Shown here in pieces: positions 53,412 to 64,000 of a DNA stretch of 64,000 nucleotides (positions are counted from its first letter, which is position 1; every line of letters begins with the position of its first letter). The notes beneath the pieces are model-generated. The model worked only from the letters and a program-made list of their open reading frames with translations. It had not been told where the DNA came from and did no database searches. The translations under genes and the position numbers were made by a program. The stretch is from Octopus bimaculoides (Eukaryota), in assembly GCF_001194135.2 (NCBI RefSeq), contig NC_068993.1:63746802-63810801 (forward strand). The letters run 5' to 3'.

Positions 53412-54137
53412 GGGCATCCATTCTGACTGCTGATCAAAATCGCACCAGGCTGATCATATCCCAGAAAAATCTGACATTGTTTGAGGCAGATCCAGCTGGT
53501 TTCCATGAACGTTTCTTAACCCAAGATGAGTATTGAGTTCAACACTTTGAGCCAGAGACAAAGAGACAATCCATGCAGTGGAAACACCCCTTCTCACCTG
53601 CTTCGAAGAAAGCCAGGATCGTTTCATCTTCTGAGAAGTTGATGGCTTCATTTTTTTGGGAAGCAAAAGACATTGTGGTTATTGACTATCTTCAAAAGGC
53701 TCTCACCATCAACGAAGAGCCCTATATCGACTTCAAGAGGCAGTTACAAAAGGTTATAAAAACCAAACGCACAGGAAAACTCATGAAAAGGCTCTTGTTT
53801 CCTCATTTCATCAGAATAATGCTTCCGCACACAAATCCTTGCTTTCAATGGCTGCTGTCTGCGTGACTGTGGCTTTTAACTCTTCCCTACCAAGAAAAAG
53901 AAAAAAAAAACACTTGGTTGGGAACCATTATCGCAATGATGATGGCGTCATGTCTGTTGTTGAAAACACTTTTGATGAATAGGATGAAAGCCTCTTTACC
54001 AATGGGATCCAAGCACTTCAACACCAATGGAAAAAGTGTGTGGACTGCAAAGTAGATTATGCTCAAGAAATAAGCTCAGTTGGGCAAATTCCATGAGAGC
54101 GTCTTGGTCAGCCAATAAACTTTTTAGCCGACTCTCG
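53412..54137 (+). mobile_element. Mariner transposon 3' part with right TIR
   Basis: RFLTQDEY.VQHFEPETKRQSMQWKH...KLMASFFWEAKDIVVIDYLQK...TIN, frameshifted; ends aactttttagccgactctcg followed by TA; 5' part lost in the adjacent gap. Confidence 0.9.
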
Positions 54138-54822
54138 TAGGCAGACACTAACAACCAAAGAAAAAAGTAACAAAAAAGACAAAAACATACGCTCACATGT
54201 ACGCATTCACACTCATATATGAACCCGATTCATCAAGACGACCAATCCTGGCTCTTAGGAGAAAGCAACCATGCTCACACACATACAGTCGTCTTACTAA
54301 AAGGCGGACATACAAGCATACACGCACAATTACTGTTCAAAATGTCCCAATTGCTCTCGTACGTATGAAACTCCATTCCTTCAACTTTATTACCGTTTAT
54401 TCTAATCCCTCAACCGGATTTCGCTCAGCCTAATTCTTACGTCACCATTTGCGCAATCCCATTTCTTCGTTTCCCACACTTTACTTTCGTTCTGTCTGAA
54501 AACGAACTCAGGCTGAAAGGTTAAAGACGTTTGCAAGTTGCTTTCTTCGCGAGCGTCAAACTAATAATCACGACTTGTCTTCACTTTGACAATTTTGTTG
54601 TTATCATCGTTTTACGCACACACGTACATATACACATATGTATATGTGTGTGTGTAAGTATGTATATATGTATACACACACATATGCATATACGTATGGC
54701 TATAGGAATACATGTATATATCGTTAAAAGGTATTAAAATGAAAGTGTTTAATCAGAATATTTATTTCACTTTACAGATAGCTAATAGTTATGACGACAA
54801 ATCTTTCTTTCTATTTCTATAT

Positions 54823-54893
<71 letters not shown>

Positions 54894-55086
54894 AATATAC
54901 ATCTATATACACTCATATACGCGCATATATACATATAAAAAGAGACACATGTTATATTGAAGACACGACTTCAATATAACATGTCTGAAAGATAATATAA
55001 AAATGAATATCGAAACTATTTGACTTGTAATATTATGTGCGTGTGCGTGCGTGCATATGCGTGTATGTGTGTGTGTGTGTGTATGA

Positions 55087-55124
<38 letters not shown>

Positions 55125-55789
55125 ATACATAGATATGAGCGAGCAAGCACACACACCTGCGTATACGTTTGCAATAGTAATGTATTTTGTAATCAGAAAT
55201 TATATTCCATCTTATGACGAGTCTCTTGTTAAAAACTTAAGACATGGTTTTTAATATCTTACACGCACCGAGTACACCCCATCACACCCTACCACACGCA
55301 CATACCCATACATTCACATATGTATAATGATGAACATAACTCTTTATATTCCTGATATTTCCTGATAATGTTCCTGTGCATGCCAGTGTATTAAAAACGT
55401 CACTCATATTATTTTGTTTTACTTCACATCAAGTTTAAATTTCACATGACAAGTATTCTCTGAAAATATTTGGAATCTCTAAGTTTTTCTTCTCCACTAA
55501 TATGGATGCGAAATATAAACTAGTCACGTGGTCATGACGTATTTTTTTCGTTATGGAAATACTTGGGTAATTTGTATAAAAGCGTGTGTACTTCAATGCG
55601 TGTAGATTAGTGCGTATACAACAGTGCCAGTACAAAGATGTGTGTAATTTAGGTGGTGTACATTGTACACTTGTCTGTTGTGATATATGTAGATACCGTA
55701 CAGAAGCCTGTATACATAAATGCATGTACAAAACGCTTATACTCAAGCGTAAATGCTTTAGTGTGTATAATTTTGTTGGTATATAGACA

Positions 55790-55871
55790 GTTGCCCAAGG
55801 TACCACGCAGTGAGACTGAACCAGGAACCCGGAACCATGTGGTTGGGAAACTTCTTACCACACAGCCACGC
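55790..55871 (-). mobile_element. SINE family B head only
   Basis: ttgcccaaggtaccacgcagtgagactgaacc...cttcttaccacacagccacgc. Confidence 0.75.
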
Positions 55872-56149
55872 TTTTGTACTTTAGTTGTATAACAGTGTGT
55901 TTACCAAATCTGTGTAGCTTCGACGAGTGTACGATGGCGTGTAGTATGTCTACTTTCCTGTAAGTTAATGAGTGCAAAAATAATCAAAGTTCTGCTTTGA
56001 TTGTGTTGAGTAATTTACAGTGTAAACATCGGTGAGTGTATAATAGAATGACTTCTTCACTGTTTCTGCATTCCTGCAAACTGGATTGTGTGTGATCGTG
56101 TTCAGTGCGCGTACTATAGTGTCTCTACTCCATTGGCTTTATAACTGGA

Positions 56150-56180
<31 letters not shown>

Positions 56181-57994
56181 GTGTGTGCGTGCGAGTGTAT
56201 GGAAATATTCAAACGGGTGTATATAGATCTGGTGAAAGACGTATCTGATGATCTTAACTGTGCTTAATATACAACCATCTCTGTTTTGCTTACCTTCCGT
56301 GTTACGTGTATAACTGCGATGTTGATGCTAAGCAATTTTCCACTTACAGTAACATTGCGGTGTCATATTACCCGACAAGTTGCCAGGAGATCAACATGAG
56401 TCTTTAAAGAAGGAAACCGATGGAGCCCGAGTTTGACAAGTTTTCCTTTAGTTTGCAATATTCATGGAAAGCAATTAAATTTGTATTTCTTCGGAGACTT
56501 GTAATGGAGGTTAGTTAGATATAGCGCTGATATATTGTCACGCAATAATATTTTCCCCCACTTTGCCATAAATCATTACATTTGAATTTAAAATGATCTG
56601 GATTCAAGGGTATGTATGTCTCTTTTTATAAACTTTGACTAACGTTATGAAATATTCTTTCGTCGATTTTATATTATTGATGCATTTGATTACACAAGTG
56701 AATAATTTTGGGGGTTTTATATTTATTCGTTGGCTCTATTTATTTCATCGCTCTTCTCTCACTGAATAGGTTGTCAAGTATCTATATAGATCTACTAATT
56801 CTCTTTAACCATTTACTGCTGCAGAGAACTTGCTGAAAGGTTGTTGTTGTGTAGCCTGCTATATATTCAAGAATTCTGCAGTACTTGAGTGTATAAACTA
56901 AAAAATAAATAAACCACCGAAAAACATGTAGTTTTATAAGCGCTATGATTTATCCTAGGGATGCAAAGAAAATATTGTGAGCAAGAGTTGTCATGTTTCA
57001 ACTAAGGAGAAAGACAGGAGCAAATAAAATTGTTATGTCACAGCCTCCGATTGAAACCGAATCGTAAGATTGGCCTAATGGGCACTTACCCAGGCAACGG
57101 GGATCATATCACAGTGCTAAAGCGGAAATCTTCAGCTCGTGCATTTATGAAAGAAAATGTAAGTAGAGCTCTCCAATATTTCCACAAAACAGTGGGCGTG
57201 TGAGCATACGTAAGTGCATATGTCCGTATGTACTAGGGGTCAAGAAGGAGAACTCTCACAACCATGTGTGTAAATGCATATGTATGTGTAAAGATGCGTG
57301 TGTATATGCATGTGTGTATGTATGTGTATGTATAACCCCCATACATGATAAAATCCCCAAACCATGGTTGATCTGATGAGCGCTTAGCTTTCGCACACTT
57401 GGTACAAAAATTAATTGGTAAAACTGCAAGAAACAAAACTGAACGGTAAAAGAGAAAATTATTTACTTATTTACTTGATGATCATTCACCTCGATATCCC
57501 AACATTATAAGAGTGCTCTCCATTGCGATGCAGCGTCCATATGATGCTATACACGCGCACGTGTGTGTGTATGTGTGTGCGTGTGTGTGTGTGTGCATGC
57601 GTGTGCGTATATGCACGTGTATATGTGCGTATGCGTGTGTGTGTAGATATGTGAGTGTGTATGTATATGAATAAACATATACATACATGTACACCCACAT
57701 ATAATTACCGCTTTATAACACATTCACAACGCTACAGGAAGCAAATGTCGAATGTTTTGAGTCCGATGTATTACTGGTACTTTATTTATCGACCCCTCCA
57801 AGAGAAGAAGGGTCGAGTGGAACTCGGGTGAATTTGAGCTTAGGATGCAAAAGTAATATTCTCGGAGATTTTCGCTGACGTTGTACAGTGTCCGTTAGTC
57901 TTTCACCTTCATACATGGATATGTAATAACAAAATGTCGAATTTATGGCTATCACGTGCGTGCGCATGTATTCTTAGCTGCGTGAACGGTTTTG

Positions 57995-58040
<46 letters not shown>

Positions 58041-58154
58041 TGTGTGAGTGTGTGCGCACACACATATATCTAATGCTGATACACCTGTTCACATTTAAAA
58101 CTTAATATCAAAACCCGCTGCTAATTTACAAGTCTGTTAACGCTGTTTGCTTGA

Positions 58155-58201
58155 ACACACACACACACACACATACACACACACACACACACACACTCAC
58201 A

Positions 58202-58262
<61 letters not shown>
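58155..58262. repeat. (AC)n microsatellite (one of more than 30 AC/AT/AG arrays in the window)
   Basis: Direct reading. Confidence 0.95.
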
Positions 58263-58264
<2 letters not shown>

Positions 58265-60000
58265 TACTGGTTTTCATTGTATCCCAGAGAATGATGATAA
58301 TGGCTGGATGGCAGATACTTAATCGATTCCAAACGTTATTTTCTAAAGACTACAGTTTCAGGATAAAAACTCCACACTCTATACCACTTCAGCACAAAAA
58401 GAGCAAAATAAAATATGAGGAACATCTATTAAACTTATTGTAAGAATTTAACCTTTATCCTAAATAGCAACAACTCGTTTAGACAATATTCTGTAAACTC
58501 TTATTATTATTATCCACGGAATTTATCGAAGCTAGGTTTTATCTTTAAACAACCGATGCTATTGTCATCTAACGTGTTAGAAATATACAACACATGACAT
58601 TTCTTGCAGTGAAATCGGATTCGACTCCCATAACCTTAGGCAAGAATTTCAGATATTGCATTGTCCGAATGCAGAAAAATCGATCCTGTTCTAAGTTCCC
58701 ACTTTCTAAATTCCACCCCACTTGAGTTATTTGTCGTTTTAGGATGAGATCGATTTCGATTTTTCCATCGTAATGTTACTGGCTTCTAAAACTAGTAAAG
58801 AATACTAATGAAAGACAGGATATACACCTGAAGACATATACACAGCAAGTTTTCTGATCATATTTAGGCTAAAATGAATGGTGGAGAGATGGATAAAGCT
58901 GGAGAGATGGAAGTAATAACGTCTCAACTAAAAGGCCAGGTCTTTGTATCCGTTGCGGCCGTTATACTTTGGCCTCCTGAAGCAAGGCGCTGAAACCTTT
59001 CAACATCTGTTCGCCAAGCTCCAAATTGGATACGGCACAGGTTTGTAGTTTCCCCGATTTAATCGATTTTTCTTTTGATAATTTACAGCAGAGGGTTCAT
59101 ATCCCGGAGAGACTGCAGTCATCGGAAAGCAGTAAATAAAACTGCAGTATAGAAAAATTCAAAATGGAAACCGAGCTTTCTTGTGCGATATGGCCTCTAT
59201 TAAGAAGGTGGTGAAGTACATGGTTAGAGGGAGAGCTGGTTAACATTTCTTGCATGTTGTATGACTACATAGAGTTCCACTCGTTGGCCTGTAGTGTTGC
59301 ATTTGTTGTTTAGCCACAGTTATTGAATTGGCCAATGATCAGATTTCTTCCTGTATGGCCAGTTCACACCACTTTCTAACTTTCTTTTTAAAGATAATAG
59401 TATATATTTGAAGGACATTTGGCTGCTATTTTAGCAGATCGAGCGAATAAATAAATTCTCCCTTCACTGACCCTTTGGAATGTTGTTGTTATTAGTGCTG
59501 ACAGTTTATGGTAATGCAAAAAAGAACTTGATGACAACTGATAAGCTAATAATTAAAGAGAATTAAACGTACTGATTGACCCTGGCGCCTTCGCCGCCTT
59601 TACCATCATCGCCTTCTTCGCCACCACCATCTCGTCTGCTATCGACGCCGCCCCACCGCAGTTCTGCAATTCTGCACAAACGCGGTTAATAGATTCCAAA
59701 TAGAGATAACAATCACATCCGGCTTCATTTAACTCTCGACCAATATGTCGCTTGCTATTTAAGGGTAAATTTGCAAAGGATGGTATCGGAAGTACTGGCA
59801 CTAACAACATCGCAGTGGTCGGCCTAGATACGAGCTAGTTGTTGATGCCTGTTGTTCATGATGATGATGAGGATGATGATGTTATTGCCGTTGTTGTTGT
59901 TGTTATTTACCATCTGGGATGCCATTTTATCTTGTGGTACAAGCCGTAGGGGGTAATATTCTATGTAGGAAGTGGTAAAGTATAAACATACAGAGGATTA

Positions 60001-60840
60001 GAAATGGCAGAAGAGGACTGGCACAATCGGTAGAGCATCGGGGGGAATACTTCGTTCTGGTTGTTGACATTCCGAGTTCAAATCTTGCTGAAGTTCACTT
60101 TGCCTTTCATTGTTCTGGATTCAAGGAAACAAGGTCTCAGGCATTGCACGAGACACGATTTAATCGATTAAACGCTGTCCTACCTGAATTTTGGGTTTCG
60201 TGCCTATGTTGTGTAGCAATATAGAAAACATACAAGAATTGGTAGGAAGCGGTGAATTCAAAGAGTCTCTTGGCCGTCGGACAAATTGCTTTGCGACATC
60301 AACTTTACAGCTTTTAATGTTCTGATTTCGAATGTGAGGGACGCCAGCTTTGCCTTTTATCGTTTGGAGTCGAGAATTTAAGAAGTAACCAAATCTTGGG
60401 AATGCTTCTGATGGACTATTTCCATTCCCTAATTACGTATTAGAAATGTTGGCTAATCAGCTGGTGACCCAATGTTTTAGATAAGGTTTTAGGCGCTTAA
60501 CAGTGAAGCCATCACCATAGGTCTGTATGTGGGGGTTTTGTCTTCGGGGTTGTCTTACATTGCTGTGTCTGTGTTTGCAATACTTCAATGGGGGATAACA
60601 TTGGAGTTTTAAATCAAAGCTATGTTAAAAGTTAATATTGACTTCATATTTTGGCACAAGGCCTGCAATTTTGGGGGTAGGAGTCAGTGGGTTGCATCGA
60701 CTCTAGTACTCAACTGGTATCGACTCCGAAAGGATAAAAGACAGAGTCAACTTCGGCGGAATTTGAACTCAGAACGTAAAGAACTGAAAGAATGTTATCC
60801 GGTGCACTAACTGCCAGTTCACGACGATTCTGCCCGTTCA
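60001..60840. mobile_element. Cluster of degenerate SINE family A copies (two on plus, one on minus at about 60640-60840)
   Basis: gagttcaaatcttgctgaagttcactttgcctttc; reverse copy agtcaacttcggcggaatttgaactcagaacg. Confidence 0.65.
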
Positions 60841-61959
60841 CTCCTTATGCTAGAAATTAATATTATTAGAAATATAAGAAAATATTTATTTGATCGCTGA
60901 TATTGGTAGAAAGGATGGGATCGAGACTTTTTCAGTCTCAAATTGTGCCTCCTTTAATTTTGCTCAGATTGTTTTCAATTTTGGTGTATCGATGCAACTC
61001 TGAATTTTGATTATGATCAGCCAATTACTTTATCTCGTAAATTAAAGAATCTGATGTTATTTGGAATTAAAATAGGGAATTTTGGGTAATTCTAGCCAAT
61101 CAACAGACAGTGAGGCATTAACAGCTTGTTACCATGACAACCACACGTTGTGTTGTGTTCACTTCATCCGCATCTTGTGTTGATTCTTCACACCACGAGA
61201 TTTACTTCACCCGCGTGTTTCGTTTTATGTTTTGTTTTAATAAAAAATTTATACTTATCAATTAGAATTTTATTATAGATATTCTTCGTCGATTGTCTTA
61301 ATATTTTACATATTTTTCATATATAGCAAAAGTTGTTTGTCATATTCATACAGTTTCTTGGCATTATGAAGGTGAACGGAATATGTGAACTTGGTACACA
61401 ACCGCACACCTACACTTCAAGCACAGTACTGGCAAAGCATCGGTGACTCCACGACTCAGTATTGCCAAGTTTCAGGGACTCATTGACTCAGCTGGATTTA
61501 TGATTTTACTAGGTTAATTCTATTCATAAACATTTAAATTAGGAGTATTTCTTAAACTCTTAGCTTCATATGAAGAGACAAAATAAACAGTAAGATGATA
61601 CATGCTGATTTTATTAGGTATTTCTGTTTATTTAGAAACCTACAATGAACAGGTAATTTCGCAGACGCTAAACTATAAACTTCACAGGGTACAACCTTAA
61701 AGCTGACACCGCTCCGCTAAACGCAGAAAATTTCTGTCTCGCTATTGGCTAAAAATACAGTTTTTTTTTTTCGATTTTTAAACCTCTGTAACTTTTGCCT
61801 CCAATTTTTTCTCCACAACAAGCAATAAGACTGGAAAATGATATTATTATAGCCAATTTTCAGATTTTTTACTGTCTTTAAAAAAAAATGCATATTTTGC
61901 GAATGAAGCGAGGCGGAGGTGTGGGAGAATCGCTACAGCGCCAATAAAAATGCCTTGCA

Positions 61960-62580
61960 AAATTTATCCTAGCATTTTATTCTGTGTTCAAATGAACTTC
62001 CACGTCAGTTATTCGCTTCACCCTTTTGTGGTCGATAAGTAAAGTGTCAGTCAAGTACTGACGTTGATGATATCAATTCATTCCCTCCCCTCAAAAACTG
62101 TTTTCTTTGTGCCTAAACCAGAAACAATTATTATCATTTAGATGCCGAAAGGCGACGAGCTGGCAGAATCGTTAGCATGTCATGCAAAATGCTTAGTAAC
62201 ATTTCGTTTATCTTTACGTTCTGAGTTCAAATTCCACCGAGGTCAGCTTTACCTTTCATCCTCTCGGAGTCGATAAAATAAGTCCCAGTTACGCACTGAG
62301 GTCGATGTAATCAACTAAACTTCCTTACCCTGAAATTGCTGGCCATATGCCAAAATTTGAAACCATTATTTGGATTGTGAGCTGGTAGAATCGTTAGCCG
62401 GTTGGGTAAATGCTTTGCTGTATTTCTTTTGGCACTTTACGGTTTGAGTTCAAATTCCAGCGAGATAAACTTTGCTTTCGAATTTTCGGAGAGACGATAA
62501 TATAAAGTATTGATCAAGTACAGGCGTTGTTGTAATCGATTAGCCCCTCTCCTCAAAAATACTTGCTTTCTACTTAAACG
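61960..62580 (+). mobile_element. Three head-to-tail SINE family A copies (best preserved one 62151-62364)
   Basis: ggcgacgagctggcagaatcgttagc...gagttcaaattccaccgagg...caaaatttgaaacc, flanked by degenerate copies. Confidence 0.8.
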
Positions 62581-63240
62581 AGATAGAATTTTAATCTTCA
62601 AAATTTGATAATCCTGGTTTTGTTACTTTGTAAGACAAGAAAACTTTTGAAAAGATTGTAAAATAGTAGAATTCGCAGAAAATTTCTGAAAGTAGTTACG
62701 ACCAATACACTTATGCTGTGAGTGTGAGTAGGAGAATCAGAGAGATGCGAAACAAGTGAAGAACCGATAAGGAGAAAACAATGCAGTACAACTACAGGAA
62801 GTAAAAGAAAAAGAAAAAAATGCTGTCGAGAAAAGATTAGAGAAATATAAAGAGGTGAACAGAAAGGGGTTTTAAAAATGGTTATAGAATCGATATGCGA
62901 TAGAATTGGCTTCAATATTTCATAATGATGAAGTCCACTATCTCGTGTGAATAGAATAAATGGAAAATAGAGGGGCGTGTGCTTTAATCAGCAAATAATT
63001 TTTGTTTCTGTTAATTTGAAGAAATCGATCCCGACGGATCGATATTAATAAAGTTGTTAGAAAGTTGAAAGTAAAAATATCGGACGACGTGGATTTGAAA
63101 GAACTCAGGTTTGCTACAAAATGTTCACAACATCATTTAGAAATAGGCAAAAATAGTAAACAACACGACGAGAAAGAAAGAAAGAGTGTGAAACAGTGAG
63201 AGAGAGAGGAGGGATAGGGGGGTTGAAGATTAGTACTTAC

Positions 63241-63480
63241 CTGGTTAATGCCACATATTTTCATGTCTTTGATGTCTTCGTATGTCTTTACATCGGCTAA
63301 AAGTAGCAGAATACTCTCCAGGGTTCCCGTTACAGCAAAGCGTGTCAGAAAAGAGGGTCAGGCAGGGAAACGAGGTTTCATCATTGTCACCCTCAGCCTC
63401 ACAGACCTACAGACTCCGAGATCCTAAACCTCACGCCGACAACGAAACGCCACTGACGAATCGGTAACAGCGACTGATTG
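63241..63480 (-). other. Candidate first exon (or 56-nt internal exon 63296-63241) of a second, minus-strand transcript
   Basis: Minus-strand donor CAG|GTAAGT at 63240; unique, relatively CpG-rich sequence; TCAGT initiator-like motifs near 63455-63480; only one frame is open through the donor (...DVKTYEDIKDMKICGINQ). Confidence 0.35.
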
Positions 63481-63606
63481 AAATCCAGTGTGACCATTTT
63501 TAAAGCCAGAGAGGAAATGGTTTGAATAATGGCGTAAAGAGGGCCACGTTTAGGAGAGATTCACGGACGCCGAGGACGAAGATCGTTGAAAGACTTCAAT
63601 GAAGAA

Positions 63607-64000
63607 ATGTTTAGTCCTTGTCTGTTCCTTATCTCAGTCACCGGACTGCGGTCATACTGGGGCACCGCCTTCAGAAGCATTTTAGGCGAACGAATCGACC
63701 CCAGTATTTATTTTTTCAACAGTGCGGTACTTATTCTATCAGCTTTGTTTACCGAACCTCTATTTAACGGGGACGTAAACAAACAAGTACCGATTGTCAA
63801 ACGGTAGTGGGAGACAAACACAACCACGAAAACAAATAAGCGCGCGCACACACACACACAGGCACAACCATACATACATACGCACACACCCATACATACA
63901 TACGCACACACACGGATATATATAAATGAGGCTTCTTTCAGTTTCCCTCCACCAAACCCACTCATGCAGGCACTGGTCGGCCCAAGGCTAGAGTAGAAGA
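63607..64000 (-). mobile_element. SINE family B running off the window end
   Basis: gaatcgaccccagt...gtacttattctatc...ggcttctttcagtttcc...ggtcggcccaaggcta. Confidence 0.85.

Noticed and set aside
61440-61495. Cluster of TGACTCA-like (AP-1) words
   Set aside because: Only one full match; expected by chance at this scale
60000-62580. Regularly recurring repeats as a CRISPR-like array
   Set aside because: Eukaryotic context; units are diverged 200-bp SINEs without constant repeat-spacer geometry, and there are no cas genes

Overview
AT-rich eukaryotic genomic DNA with very many microsatellites, ten N-gaps and abundant tRNA-derived SINEs that resemble octopus SINE families (inference: cephalopod, probably an Octopus short-read assembly). 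The one well-supported gene is a plus-strand SLC26/SulP (prestin/pendrin-like) anion transporter, ATG at 13014. I placed 15 coding exons with consistent GT-AG sites and phases up to 36191. One ~55-nt STAS exon cannot be found, the last exon is unresolved, and there is a candidate 5' UTR exon at 11615-11852. The rest is decayed mobile DNA: two SINE families, R4/Dong-like RLE retrotransposon pieces tied to (TAA)n arrays, a Penelope GIY-YIG remnant, a CR1/L2/Jockey-group fragment, and mariner, Merlin and pogo/Tigger remnants. A possible first exon of a second, minus-strand gene lies near 63.2-63.5 kb. I see no rRNA, tRNA gene or CRISPR array and no convincing new multi-gene system. The best leads are unusual anion-site residues in the SLC26 protein, microsatellite-targeted Dong insertions, a 60-bp direct repeat bracketing exon 6, and a Penelope endonuclease remnant in frame with exon 4. 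Repeat boundaries are approximate.
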